Assembly: GCA_963813785.1 (NCBI GenBank)
Contig: CAWFAJ010000015.1
Location: 83,060 to 147,059 of the forward strand
Direction of reading: 5' to 3'
Source: an uncultured delta proteobacterium
GTDB taxonomy: Bacteria; Desulfobacterota; Binatia; Binatales; Binataceae
DNA: 64,000 nt
This document shows positions 8,881 through 18,828 of this stretch, in pieces. The position numbers were made by a program, and so were the translations under genes. A model generated the notes under the pieces. That model was not told where the DNA came from. It ran no database searches and was given only the letters and a program-made list of their open reading frames with translations. Numbering within the stretch: the first letter of the stretch is position 1; every line of letters begins with the position of its first letter.

Positions 8881-9237
8881 ATGATTAAACGCCTCGACAC
8901 GCTCGAAGTCGCGACTTCGGATCTCGCGGACGCAGCGTCGATCTACGAAAAGAACTTCGGCTTTGCCGTTGCCAGGTCGGCAGACGGCAAGTCGGCGTCG
9001 GTGAAGGTCGGCGGCGCGGAAATTCGTCTCGTCGCGGCGGCCGCGATCGATTCGTCGAGCGAAGGGATGATCGGTCTGTGGCTCGAGGCCGACGACGTCG
9101 ATCAGGTGATAGCGGACTTCCGCGCCGCCGGTCTCGACGCCGGCGCGATTCGGATCGAGCCGGGACGCCGCATCCTGACGATCGATCCCAAGCTGGCCAA
9201 CCAGGTCCCGCTGTTCATCTTCGATCGCAAAGCCTGA
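8881..9237 (+). CDS. VOC-family (glyoxalase/bleomycin-resistance-fold) protein
   Basis: ~118 aa with the paired beta-alpha-beta-beta-beta module pattern (MIKRLDTLEVATSDLADAASIYEKNFGF...GLWLEADDVDQV); start chosen at the ATG after the upstream TTG. Confidence 0.5.
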   Translation: MIKRLDTLEVATSDLADAASIYEKNFGFAVARSADGKSASVKVGGAEIRLVAAAAIDSSSEGMIGLWLEADDVDQVIADFRAAGLDAGAIRIEPGRRILTIDPKLANQVPLFIFDRKA

Positions 9238-9260
9238 CCGGAGCGCCAGCGAGCGCGCGC

Positions 9261-10019
9261 TCAAACCTCAGTCGTGAAAGTGGCGCGCACCGCTTCCTCG
9301 AGCCTGCGCGTCAGTTCGGTGCGGTCGGCGCTGCGCATTCCTTCGGTCGCGATCGGCTTTCCAATCGTCATGCGCATCGCGCAGCCCGGGGTCACGACCT
9401 TCGCCAGGCGCGGGAAAATAAGGCCGGAGCCGCTGATCGACATCGGCACCGCCGGCAACTTCGACAGGATCGCGAGCCACGCGGCGCCGTCTTCGAACTC
9501 GTGGACCCGGTTGTCGCTGAAGCGATGGCCCTCGGCGAAGACGCAGACGTCAAGGCCGCTGCGGATGATCGCAATCGCCTTGCGAATTGCCTTGCCACCG
9601 GCCTCGCGGTCGATGATCACGTGACCGCCGCGTTGCATCGCGTAACCGACCACCGGGATTTTGAGCAGCTCTTTTTTGGCGACGAAACGAGGCTCGCCCG
9701 GAATGAACGCGGCCGCGGCGAAGATGTCGAAGAAGCTCTGGTGGTTTGCAACCAGGATGAACGACTTCAGACCGGCGAGATTTTCAAGACCTTCGATTTG
9801 TACCTTGATGCCGCAAAGCCCGATTATTACGCGAGCCCATACGCGACTGATCACCGTGACCGCGTGCTGCTTGCCCATCGTGGCCGCGATCGCCGCGGCG
9901 ATCGCGCAAGGCGCGGTCCATAGCACTGACAGAATCGTCGCGACCAGCCCCCATGCGAGGTTGAAGATGCCGCGGTGCGCAGCGGCGGCGTACGGCGAAG
10001 CCTGGGCGTGATTGGCCAT
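9261..10019 (-). CDS. plsC: 1-acyl-sn-glycerol-3-phosphate acyltransferase
   Basis: HxxxxD acyltransferase motif (VANHQSFFDIF), FVAKKELLKIPVVG and VFAEGHR motifs; start set at MANHAQ, as the upstream Arg-rich extension is unlikely to be coding. Confidence 0.75.
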   Translation of the reverse strand: MANHAQASPYAAAAHRGIFNLAWGLVATILSVLWTAPCAIAAAIAATMGKQHAVTVISRVWARVIIGLCGIKVQIEGLENLAGLKSFILVANHQSFFDIFAAAAFIPGEPRFVAKKELLKIPVVGYAMQRGGHVIIDREAGGKAIRKAIAIIRSGLDVCVFAEGHRFSDNRVHEFEDGAAWLAILSKLPAVPMSISGSGLIFPRLAKVVTPGCAMRMTIGKPIATEGMRSADRTELTRRLEEAVRATFTTEV

Positions 10020-10175
10020 GCCCGAATACTTTGCCCGCTGGCGGCGGCGGGCTGCAAGCGCGCCGCGGACGCGTGGATTGGCAGCGCGTATCCGGCGGAG
10101 CGCGGAAAGTTGACACTGCCCTGACGGCGTTGTTACATCGATCATAGCAAGACCAAGGCGAGCGTCGAGGATTCA

Positions 10176-10361
10176 ATGGGCCATATCAGCGGGTTTCAGC
10201 AGTTTCTCCAAATTCTGACCGTACCGGACAACGTCCCGATCATTGCGATGATGATCCTGGTGATGTTTTTCACGTATATCGCGCTGAAGCAGGGCCGCCG
10301 CAACGATCAGCTGATCGAGCACGGCCATCGCGAGCGCATCATCGATGAGATGAGGAAGTAG
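10176..10361 (+). CDS. Small hypothetical membrane protein (61 aa)
   Basis: Single TM segment (VPIIAMMILVMFFTYIAL), divergent from plsC. Confidence 0.3.
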   Translation: MGHISGFQQFLQILTVPDNVPIIAMMILVMFFTYIALKQGRRNDQLIEHGHRERIIDEMRK

Positions 10362-10396
10362 GGGCGGCGCAGGCGCAAGGGCATCGATCGAGCAGC

Positions 10397-10951
10397 GTGC
10401 GGGGTGACTTGCCCCGACGATGCGATCATGCCCAGAAAAGATCTTCGGAGCCGGCCGCGTGGCCGGCTCTTTTTTCAGTATCTACGCGGATTCTCCTTGC
10501 GATTGGCGTCACTCTGTTTGCCACGCTTCAAACGACTCTGGCCGCCGGTTTACCCGCGGCGTCCGACGACAGCGCCGAAGCGGCATGCGCCGAGATCAAG
10601 ACTGCGCTTCATGCGCTGGCCGGCGCGGAGCACGACGAAGCGTTGGCGCTCGATCTTGCGTCGAGCGGCGGCAATTCGGCCGCGATTGTAGTGGAGCGGC
10701 TGTCCGTCCTGCTCGATCGCACGCAGGATTTGCGCGTCGCGCTCAGGCACGTGCGTCAAAGCGCGGTCGCGCGCGACCCGATGGCCGATCAATGCACGCG
10801 GATGGGGTTTCGCGCGCTGGTGATATCCGAGAAGCTGAGTTCCGACGTGGAAACCGTGCTGTTCGGCGGCGACGATTCTGTGGCGCAGGCGCCCGCGCTC
10901 AAGTCTGGCTCCGCTGCGCCGGCTGCATCGCCGCCCGCTCAGCAACCCTGA
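10397..10951 (+). CDS. Hypothetical secreted protein
   Basis: Signal-peptide-like ILLAIGVTLFATLQTTLAAG; no recognisable domain; overlapping alternative frames make this call weak. Confidence 0.25.
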   Translation: MRGDLPRRCDHAQKRSSEPAAWPALFSVSTRILLAIGVTLFATLQTTLAAGLPAASDDSAEAACAEIKTALHALAGAEHDEALALDLASSGGNSAAIVVERLSVLLDRTQDLRVALRHVRQSAVARDPMADQCTRMGFRALVISEKLSSDVETVLFGGDDSVAQAPALKSGSAAPAASPPAQQP

Positions 10952-11762
10952 CCTGTCGTGCGGCAGCATTGCGTGGAACCAACACGGCGGCCGCCGCAAG
11001 CATCAGCAGAAGCGCCTGCGCGCCGAGCGATTGAACGGTCGGGAACAGACCGAGCATGGGAATCGTTGGCGCGTAATTCACGAATGTAGCCGATACGATC
11101 GACGCTTCCTGCAAGCTCGCGATGCCCTGGCCGACAAAGACGATCGCCATCGCGTAGAGCAGGGTCGAAGTCACCTGGAAGAAGAACCTTATCGGGATTC
11201 GATCGGCGGCGCGCCTGATGACCACGAAAGACGCGGCCAGTGCGACCGCGGCGACTACGATGCCGGCCGTCACCGCGTGACGCTCGACAGCTGCGGTCGT
11301 GCCGCTGGTGAGCGCCTGAAAGAAGACTATCGTCTCCGCGCCCTCGCGCATCACGGCCAGAAACGCGGTGAGTCCGAGCGCGATACCGGGAACCGCGCTG
11401 TGCTCGGCGCTCTCGAGTTTGTGCGAGATGAACTTCATCCAGCGATCGGCCTGGCCTTTCGAGGTCATCCACGAGCTGACGTAAAAGAGGGTCGCGGCGG
11501 CGAAGAGTTGGAAGACGCCTTCGAGCGTGTCGCTGGCGTCGTCGGTGATGAAATTGTTGACCACCCACGCCAGCACGATGCTGGCGACGATGGCGGCGAG
11601 TGCCCCCGCGTAGATGTCGCGCGAGCGGCCAATTCCTCCCTTTCGTAACGCGCCGCCGGTGGCGGCCGCCAGCGCGACGACCACCAGCATCGCTTCCATG
11701 CCTTCGCGGAAGAGGATGCCGAGCGAATAGAAGAAGTAGGCGACGGCGGTTTGATTGATCAT
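10899..11762 (-). CDS. FTR1-family high-affinity iron permease
   Basis: Two REXXE motifs (REGMEA, REGAET) in a 7-TM protein; start set at MINQTAV. Confidence 0.75.
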   Translation of the reverse strand: MINQTAVAYFFYSLGILFREGMEAMLVVVALAAATGGALRKGGIGRSRDIYAGALAAIVASIVLAWVVNNFITDDASDTLEGVFQLFAAATLFYVSSWMTSKGQADRWMKFISHKLESAEHSAVPGIALGLTAFLAVMREGAETIVFFQALTSGTTAAVERHAVTAGIVVAAVALAASFVVIRRAADRIPIRFFFQVTSTLLYAMAIVFVGQGIASLQEASIVSATFVNYAPTIPMLGLFPTVQSLGAQALLLMLAAAAVLVPRNAAARQVRVAERAAMQPAQRSQT

Positions 11763-12029
11763 ATGGTTAATACTGAGAATGATTCTCAATTGCGACTGTA
11801 GCCCCGCCGCTGTCCCATGTCAACGGCGAGGATTTATCCGGCCGCAGCGCGGCGCGCGGTCATACTTGCGACCATCCAACGCCGGTAGTAACGTCACAAA
11901 TGAAGCGGGCCTGCCGATTTTTCGTGCGCACGGCCGCTTCAAGTTTTTTCAGGGGTTTTGCGGGGATGCGGCGCCTGCGGTGGATTCGGGTGTCGATGCG
12001 ATGCTCACTTTGAGGCGGTTAATCTCCTG

Positions 12030-12392
12030 ATGCGATGCGTCTATTGCAGCCAGCGCGCCGGTTTGATCCGCCGCGTCTGCACGCCGTGTGCGAAAGTAGT
12101 GGCGATCGTGGAGCGCGCCGGCGGCGAAGTCGGATTGACCGGACTGGTCGATATTTTCGTCGCAGAGGGTCTTACGCGGGAGCAGGTCGATGTGGTGCTC
12201 GACGCACAAGTTGGCGCCGCGCCAACCATCCGCGACCGGCTGACCTCGACCATGACGAACGTCTTGATGCGCAACCTCGGGATGCCGGGGCGCCAGTCGC
12301 CCGAAGACGTAAGGAAGGTGCGCACCGCGATGCAAAACGGTGGCGGCGCCGGCACCTGGGTCGGTGGCGAGGAGCCCCCGGAGCATCATTGA
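12030..12392 (+). CDS. Hypothetical protein with N-terminal CxxC...CxxC zinc-ribbon
   Basis: MRCVYCSQ...RVCTPCAKV then a ~90-aa globular region; no family recognised. Confidence 0.35.
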   Translation: MRCVYCSQRAGLIRRVCTPCAKVVAIVERAGGEVGLTGLVDIFVAEGLTREQVDVVLDAQVGAAPTIRDRLTSTMTNVLMRNLGMPGRQSPEDVRKVRTAMQNGGGAGTWVGGEEPPEHH

Positions 12393-12441
12393 TTATATCC
12401 GGCACCTCTAGTTCACGGCGGAATAAGTTTCGGAGAGACCA

Positions 12442-13323
12442 ATGAGCTTGCAGCAGATCGGCGTCATCGGGGCAGGGCAGATGGGTGCGGGGATCGCGCA
12501 GGTCGCGGCGCAGGCGGAAATCAGGGTCGTGATGCATGATATCGCGCCGGAGCTGTGCAAGCGCGGCGTCGATTCGATCGCGCGCAACCTGGAGCGGATG
12601 ATCGAGCGCGGGCGCTTCAAGCCCGAGGAGCGCGATCGGGTGATGCGCCGCGTGGTGACGACCACCAGGCTCGAGGACCTGGCCGGGGTCGGCTTCGTGA
12701 TCGAGGCGGTGATCGAAAACGAAGACGCGAAGATCGCCCTGCTGCAGAAGCTCGACAAGGTCTGTCCGCCCGAGACGATTTTCGCCTCGAACACGTCGTC
12801 GATTTCGATCACCAAAATGGGGGCGCGGACTTCGCGCGCCGACCGCGTGATCGGGATGCACTTTATGAACCCGGTCCCGGCGATGAAGCTGGTCGAAATC
12901 ATTCGCGGACTGGCGACCTCGGAAGCGACTTTTCAGCAGACCCGCGCGCTCGCCGAGCAGCTCGGCAAGACCACCATGACCGCGCAGGATTTCCCGGGAT
13001 TCATCGTCAACCGCGTGCTGCTGCCGATGATCAACGAAGCGATTTACACGCTGTACGAAGGCGTCGGCGGGGTGACCGATATCGACATCGCGATGAAGCT
13101 GGGCACCAATCAACCGATGGGTCCGCTGGAGCTGGCGGATCTGATCGGGCTGGACACCTGCCTGGCGATCATGGAGGTGATGCATCGGGTGCTGGGCGAC
13201 GACAAGTACCGTGCATGCCCGCTGCTGAAGAAGTACGTCGATGCCGGATACCTGGGCCGCAAATCAGGCCGCGGTTTTTATGTATATGATGAGAAAGGTA
13301 CTTTGATTCCGCCACCGCGCTGA
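12442..13323 (+). CDS. hbd: 3-hydroxybutyryl-CoA / 3-hydroxyacyl-CoA dehydrogenase
   Basis: NAD-binding IGVIGAGQMGAGIAQV, catalytic region ASNTSSISIT...GMHFMNP, C-terminal dimerisation domain (FIVNRVLLPMINEA...GPLELADLIGLD). Confidence 0.9.
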   Translation: MSLQQIGVIGAGQMGAGIAQVAAQAEIRVVMHDIAPELCKRGVDSIARNLERMIERGRFKPEERDRVMRRVVTTTRLEDLAGVGFVIEAVIENEDAKIALLQKLDKVCPPETIFASNTSSISITKMGARTSRADRVIGMHFMNPVPAMKLVEIIRGLATSEATFQQTRALAEQLGKTTMTAQDFPGFIVNRVLLPMINEAIYTLYEGVGGVTDIDIAMKLGTNQPMGPLELADLIGLDTCLAIMEVMHRVLGDDKYRACPLLKKYVDAGYLGRKSGRGFYVYDEKGTLIPPPR

Positions 13324-13352
13324 ACGCGGGTGCGCGCCGGGAGGAAACCAGC

Positions 13353-13586
13353 ATGTCCGTAAAGGCATTCATCCTGATCGACACGTCGCCGGGAAAGGCG
13401 CGCGAGGTCGCGGCGAAGATTCGAGGCGTGAGCGGCGTTTCGGTGGCGCACGCGGTCACCGGGCCGCACGACATCATCGCGATCGCGGAGGCCACGGACG
13501 TGACCTCGCTCGGCGAGCTGGTGGTGCAGAAGATTCAGAGCGTGACCGGCGTCAATCGGAGCCTGACTTCAATCGTCGCGGATTGA
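13353..13586 (+). CDS. Lrp/AsnC-type ligand-binding (RAM) domain protein (77 aa)
   Basis: Standalone RAM-domain pattern VKAFILIDTSPGKAREVAAKIRGVSGVSVAHAVTGPHDIIAIAEATD. Confidence 0.55.
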   Translation: MSVKAFILIDTSPGKAREVAAKIRGVSGVSVAHAVTGPHDIIAIAEATDVTSLGELVVQKIQSVTGVNRSLTSIVAD

Positions 13587-13673
13587 AGCAGGCAAAAAAG
13601 ATCGCGACTGCGCCCGATGGCGCGGCGATCGTACAGAGCGGGAAAAAGATCGCATTGGAGAAGTAACGTATCG

Positions 13674-14171
13674 ATGGCTGAATTACCGGTAATCAAGCGG
13701 CTCAGGAAAGACCTCGAGACGCTCAAGCGCGAACTCACCGTGGACCTGCCCAAGGAACTCGAGCGCGCGCGCGCTCACGGCGACTTGTCCGAAAACGCCG
13801 AATGGGCGATGGCGAAGCAGCGTCAGGAGTTCCTGCGCGCGCGGGTGGGCAACCTGGAGGCGCGAATCGTCGAGCTCACGATGATCGATCTCGAAACGAT
13901 TCCGCGCGACACCGTCGGGCTGGGCAGCCGCGTGCGGCTCGAGGATCTCGATGAGGGCGGTATCGCGGAGTTCGAGATCGTCGTGCCGGAGGAAGTTGAC
14001 GGCGCGCAGAACCGCATCTCGCTGTCGTCGCCGCTGGGCCGCGCGCTAATCGGCAAGGCGGCGCACGACGATATCGAAGTCGTCACGCCCAAGGGCAAGC
14101 GCGCCTACATGGTGAAGCAGCTTACCACGATCCATGCACTGCTGATCGTGGAGAGCGGCGAAACCAAGTAA
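13674..14171 (+). CDS. greA: Transcription elongation factor GreA
   Basis: N-terminal coiled coil with the acidic tip (HGDLSENAEW) and C-terminal FKBP-like domain (GLGSRVRLEDLDEG...ISLSSPLGRALIGK). Confidence 0.85.
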   Translation: MAELPVIKRLRKDLETLKRELTVDLPKELERARAHGDLSENAEWAMAKQRQEFLRARVGNLEARIVELTMIDLETIPRDTVGLGSRVRLEDLDEGGIAEFEIVVPEEVDGAQNRISLSSPLGRALIGKAAHDDIEVVTPKGKRAYMVKQLTTIHALLIVESGETK

Positions 14172-14193
14172 CCGGGCCGGGAAACTTAATCGA

Positions 14194-14218
14194 AACGCGG
14201 GGCTGCGAGCCCCGCGTT
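14194..14218. terminator. Bidirectional hairpin terminator between convergent greA and the acyl-CoA ligase gene
   Basis: aacgcggggc-tgcga-gccccgcgtt perfect stem. Confidence 0.55.
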
Positions 14219-14232
14219 CGATTCTGGATTCC

Positions 14233-16020
14233 TCAATCGCCGAACATCGTGTCGATCTGTTGCTTGAAGTGCGCCTGAACGATCTTGCGGCGCACCTTGA
14301 GCGACGGCGTCAGCTCGCCATTTTCCTGCGTGAACGGCTGCGCGACGATCGTGAAGCCGACGATCGCTTCCACGTCCGAGAGCTGCTTGTTGATTTCGCG
14401 AATCCGCTTGTGCAGCAGCGCCTTCAACGCCGGCGATTTCGCCAGCGCCTCCGGGTTTTTCCCGTCGAGCTGGTTTTCGCTTAGAAACTCCGCCAGATTT
14501 TCGTAGTCCGGCACTATCAGCGCGGCGAGATGCTTGCGGCGGTCGCCGACCACGCAGGCTTGCGAGATGAATTTGTCGCCGATGAGCTTGCTCTCGACGT
14601 AGGCGGGCGACACGTTCTTGCCGCCCGACAGCACGATGATTTCCTTTTTGCGGTCGGTGATCGAGATGTAACCCTCGACGTCGATCTTCGCGATGTCGCC
14701 GGTATGGAGCCATCCATTTTCGTCGATCGCTTCCTTGGTGTCGGCCTCGAGCTTGTAGTAACCCTTCATGATGTTCGGCCCGCGCAGAAGCAACTCACCG
14801 TCGGCGGCGGTTTCGACCTGGATGTGCGCCAACGGCAGGCCCACCGTGCCGATTCGGGTCTTGCCGTTGTGCAGATTGCACGCGACCACGGGAGCCGCCT
14901 CGGTCAGGCCATAGCCTTCGACGATCGGAACTTCGGCGGCGGACAGGAAGCGGTTGATCTCGGTCGGCAGCGGCGCGCCGCCGGAAATAAGGTAGCGCAT
15001 TCGATTTCCGAAGATCGCGCGCACTCGTGCGAAGACCAGCCGCCTGAACAGCGCCATCGACAGCGCCAGCATGGGCGGAAGCGGTTTGCCGCGATGGCGA
15101 TACTCAGCCGCTTGTTCGCCCGCCGCCAGCGCCATTTTGAACAGTCGTTGGCGCATCGGAGGCGAGGCCTCCACCGTGCGCATCACGCGGCTATGTATCA
15201 CTTCGAGCAGGCGTGGCACCGTGAGCACCACGGTCGGCTCGACCTCGGTCAGGTTCGATGCGATCTGCCCGAGACTTTCGGCAAACGCGATCGTCCCTCC
15301 GGCAATTGCCACGGTGTAGTAACCCGCGGTCCGTTCGAACGAATGCGCGATCGGCAGATGCGACAGCGTCATGTCGGTGTCGTTGAGCGTAAGTGCGGCA
15401 AGCGAGTCCGCGCAGTTGGCAAGTATGTTGCCATGCGAGAGCATCACGCCTTTGGGCGTTCCGGTCGTGCCCGACGTATAGATGATCGTCGCGAGGTCGT
15501 CGCGGCTGCCCTCGACGATGGCCGCCGGCGCATCGCCGCTCACCGATGCCAGCGTCATGATGGCGGGCGTTGCGTCGGCGGCGGGTGCGGATTCGGCGCC
15601 GCGATGCATGGCGACAATTGCCGTGACCGCGGGAATCGAACTGCCCAGTCCGACAATTTTTTTGATCATCTCGGGCCCTTTGGCGGCGACGATTTTCGCT
15701 CCCGAGTCGCTGATGACGTGCGCGGTCTCCTCCAGTCCGCTGGTCGTGTAGAGCGGTACGACGATCGCGCCGAGCCCCATCACGGCCTGATCGACGACGA
15801 TCCATTCGGGGCAATTGTCGGAGAGGATCGCGACGCGATCGCCGGGGCGCACGCCCAGGCCGAGCAGGCCGGCGCGAAGCTTTCCGGCGGCGTCGGAGAT
15901 TTCGGTCCACGAGTGGTCCGTCCAGACTTTGCCGGGCTTGTCCTTTAAGAATACGCGCGCCCCGTACTTCTGCGCCCGCGCCTCGAAGGCTTGGGAAATG
16001 GTCGCCGCACGATCAGGCAT
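14233..16020 (-). CDS. Long-chain-fatty-acid--CoA ligase (AMP-dependent synthetase)
   Basis: IYTSGTTGTPKGVMLSHGNI (A3), TGD and C-terminal motifs; start set at MPDRAATISQ. Confidence 0.85.
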   Translation of the reverse strand: MPDRAATISQAFEARAQKYGARVFLKDKPGKVWTDHSWTEISDAAGKLRAGLLGLGVRPGDRVAILSDNCPEWIVVDQAVMGLGAIVVPLYTTSGLEETAHVISDSGAKIVAAKGPEMIKKIVGLGSSIPAVTAIVAMHRGAESAPAADATPAIMTLASVSGDAPAAIVEGSRDDLATIIYTSGTTGTPKGVMLSHGNILANCADSLAALTLNDTDMTLSHLPIAHSFERTAGYYTVAIAGGTIAFAESLGQIASNLTEVEPTVVLTVPRLLEVIHSRVMRTVEASPPMRQRLFKMALAAGEQAAEYRHRGKPLPPMLALSMALFRRLVFARVRAIFGNRMRYLISGGAPLPTEINRFLSAAEVPIVEGYGLTEAAPVVACNLHNGKTRIGTVGLPLAHIQVETAADGELLLRGPNIMKGYYKLEADTKEAIDENGWLHTGDIAKIDVEGYISITDRKKEIIVLSGGKNVSPAYVESKLIGDKFISQACVVGDRRKHLAALIVPDYENLAEFLSENQLDGKNPEALAKSPALKALLHKRIREINKQLSDVEAIVGFTIVAQPFTQENGELTPSLKVRRKIVQAHFKQQIDTMFGD

Positions 16021-16363
16021 AAGATATAAAAACCTCCTCTTCCCCGACTTGCCGTTGTAGCCCAAACATTTGCTGCCGCCAATCTCGCGCCAATGGCTGA
16101 TCGCCGGACCCGCGGCCGATGCGATCATGGGACCACGAAGCACTTGAATTAACTATCGAAATGCAAATATTATGGGCGGCCATTAAGCGAGCGTTTCGGT
16201 GAATCAACAAAGTTTTTTCATTCCACTGATCGCTGTGCTGACGGGCATAATCACACTCAGTTCATGAATCGGAAGGCGTTGGAACGTTGCATCAGCCGCC
16301 TTGATCGGCGCGGCGAATGCTCGTCCGGAATTTGCACATTGGCAGCGCAGAGGTGACGCTTCG

Positions 16364-17059
16364 ATGCTGGAGCATCTGTATTTTCCGCACGACATCTCGA
16401 CCTTCGGCCCCAAGATCGATTTCCTCTTTGAGCTGATCTTCTGGATCGTGCTGGTCGTTTGGACCGCGGTGATGATCACGATGGTGGTCTTCATGATTCG
16501 CTATCGCGCCCGGCCCGGCCGCAAGGCGGAATATATTGAAGGCAATTCGCGTCTCGAGATCATCTGGACCACCGCGACCGCGGCGATCCTGATCGTTCTG
16601 GCGTTTATGAGCCGCTCGACGTGGGCTGATATCAAGGAGCATGGACCTCCCGGGGATGTGTTCTACGCGGTGACCGGCAAGCAGTTCAACTGGGAAATCA
16701 CTTATCCGGGGCCCGACGGCAAACTCGGCACCAAGGATGACATCATCGTCGAGAACGAGCTGCACGTGCCGGTCAACAAAGTGGTGCGGATCGATCTCAC
16801 CTCGAAAGACGTCATCCACAGTTTTTACGTGCCGAACATGCGACTGAGGCAGGACGCGGTACCCGGCCGCATCATCCACGTCTGGTTCGAAGCGACCGAA
16901 ACCGGGCAATACGAAATTCCGTGCTCGCAGCTGTGCGGCTTCGGCCATTCGGGAATGAAGGGCAATCTGACGGTCCAGTCGCAGGAGGATTTCGACAAGT
17001 GGCTCAAAGACCTGAATGCCAACCCGCCCCCGCCGCCCGAAGGAGCTAGCCCAAAATGA
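16364..17059 (+). CDS. coxB: Cytochrome c oxidase subunit II (CuA, no fused cytochrome c domain)
   Basis: Two N-terminal TM helices, CuA ligands H...CSQLCGFGHSGM; Pro-rich C-terminus without CxxCH. Confidence 0.9.
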   Translation: MLEHLYFPHDISTFGPKIDFLFELIFWIVLVVWTAVMITMVVFMIRYRARPGRKAEYIEGNSRLEIIWTTATAAILIVLAFMSRSTWADIKEHGPPGDVFYAVTGKQFNWEITYPGPDGKLGTKDDIIVENELHVPVNKVVRIDLTSKDVIHSFYVPNMRLRQDAVPGRIIHVWFEATETGQYEIPCSQLCGFGHSGMKGNLTVQSQEDFDKWLKDLNANPPPPPEGASPK

Positions 17060-18822
17060 GCAGCGCAGCAGCGGTTGCGGCACACGGCGCTCACGCGGAG
17101 CCTCATGCGCTCGGCTTTTGGCGCACCTATATCTTCTCTGAAGATCACAAGATGATCGGCAAGCAGTTCCTGTTCATGGCGCTGTTCATGATGTCGATCG
17201 GCGGCCTGATGGCGATGCTGATGCGGTGGGAACTGGCGTGGCCGGAGACCCAGGTGCCTGGATTTGGCTGGGTGCCCGAACCGTTCATGTACGAGGGCGC
17301 GATTCCGCCCAATACCTACAACGCGATGTTCACGATGCACGCCACGATCATGATCTTCTTCGTGGTGATGCCGATCCTGGTCGGATGTTTCGGCAACTTC
17401 CTCATCCCGCTGATGATCGGCGCGCGCGACATGGCGTTCCCCAAGCTGAACATGCTGTCGTTCTGGACCGGCGCGGTCGCGGGCGTGATCCTGCTTTCCT
17501 CGTTCTTCGTGACCGGCGGTCCCGCGGCCGCGGGATGGACCTCGTACGCGCCACTGAGCGCGGTGCCAATCTACACCGGCGTCGATTGGGGCCAGAACTT
17601 ATGGTGCATCAGCATCATCGTGCTCGGCGCGTCGTCGCTGATGGGCTCGATCAACTACATCACCACGATCATCAACATGCGCACCAAGGGGATGTACTTC
17701 TTCCGCCTGCCGCTGACGATCTGGTCGCTGTTCATCACCGCGGTTCTGCTGCTGCTCGCGCTGCCGGTGCTGACGACGGCGATTGCGCTGCTGCTGTTCG
17801 ATCGCCTGGGCGGAACCCATTTCTTTCTGCCCGCGGGCGGCGGAGAGCCGCTGCTGTGGCAGCATCTGTTCTGGTTTTTCGGCCATCCCGAGGTCTACAT
17901 CATGATCCTGCCCGCGATGGGGATCGCCTCCGAGGTCATCTCGACGTTTTCGCGCAAGCCCATATTCGGATACCGCGCGATGGCGTATGCGATGATCGCG
18001 ATCGCGTTCCTGTCGTGGATCGTGTGGGGCCATCACATGTTCGTGTCGGGGATGGATCCGGTACTCGGCAGCAGTTTCATGATCACCACGATGATCATCG
18101 GAGTGCCGTCGGCGATTAAGACTTTCAACTGGCTGGGCACGCTCTACAAGGGCAACATCCATTACACCACCGCGATGCTGAACGCGCTGGCCTTCGTCGC
18201 GATGTTCGTGATCGGCGGGATGTCGGGAATCTGGATGGCGTGCACGCCGGTGGACATGTACATCCACGATACTTACTTCATCGTCGCCCATATTCACTAC
18301 GTACTATTCGGCGGCAGCCTGTTCGGGATCTTCGCGGGAATTACCTATTGGTATCCCAAGATGTTCGGCCGCATGATGAGCGAGACGCTGGGCAAGATTC
18401 ACTTCTGGATCACCTTCGTGTCGTTCAATTGCACCTTCTTCCCGATGCACATCCTGGGGATGGCGGGACACATGCGCCGGATTTACAATCCGCAGCAGTA
18501 CGATTTTCTGAAGCCGATCATCCCGATTAACGAATTTATTTCCATCAGTGCTTTCGTGCTTGGCGCCGCGCAGTTCCTGCTGCTCGCGAATATCATCTGG
18601 AGCTATTTCAAGGGCGCCAAGGCCACCGAGAATCCGTGGCACGCCAATACTCTGGAGTGGACGACGCCTTCGCCGCCGCCGCACGGCAACTGGCCCGGGA
18701 CGGTGCCGATCGTTTACCGTGGACCGTACGAATACAGCTCGGGTGAGGTTGCGGAGGATTATCTGCCGCAATCGCAGTTGCTCGAACACTCGACGGGCGC
18801 GGCCGAAAGGCGATCGCACTAA
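17056..18822 (+). CDS. coxA: Cytochrome c oxidase subunit I
   Basis: 12-TM haem-copper oxidase subunit I with canonical His ligands (WFFGHPEVYIMILPAMG...HHMFVSGM...HDTYFIVAHIHYVLFGG); overlaps coxB by 4 nt. Confidence 0.95.
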   Translation: MSSAAAVAAHGAHAEPHALGFWRTYIFSEDHKMIGKQFLFMALFMMSIGGLMAMLMRWELAWPETQVPGFGWVPEPFMYEGAIPPNTYNAMFTMHATIMIFFVVMPILVGCFGNFLIPLMIGARDMAFPKLNMLSFWTGAVAGVILLSSFFVTGGPAAAGWTSYAPLSAVPIYTGVDWGQNLWCISIIVLGASSLMGSINYITTIINMRTKGMYFFRLPLTIWSLFITAVLLLLALPVLTTAIALLLFDRLGGTHFFLPAGGGEPLLWQHLFWFFGHPEVYIMILPAMGIASEVISTFSRKPIFGYRAMAYAMIAIAFLSWIVWGHHMFVSGMDPVLGSSFMITTMIIGVPSAIKTFNWLGTLYKGNIHYTTAMLNALAFVAMFVIGGMSGIWMACTPVDMYIHDTYFIVAHIHYVLFGGSLFGIFAGITYWYPKMFGRMMSETLGKIHFWITFVSFNCTFFPMHILGMAGHMRRIYNPQQYDFLKPIIPINEFISISAFVLGAAQFLLLANIIWSYFKGAKATENPWHANTLEWTTPSPPPHGNWPGTVPIVYRGPYEYSSGEVAEDYLPQSQLLEHSTGAAERRSH

Positions 18823-18828
18823 CAGCGA

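Noticed and set aside
10404-11034. Overlapping Arg-rich ORFs (10404-10691, 10420-11034) in the region between the plsC promoter and the FTR1 gene end
   Set aside because: Basic low-complexity products overlapping a slightly more plausible secreted-protein frame (10397-10951), which itself has low confidence; no support for more than one gene here.
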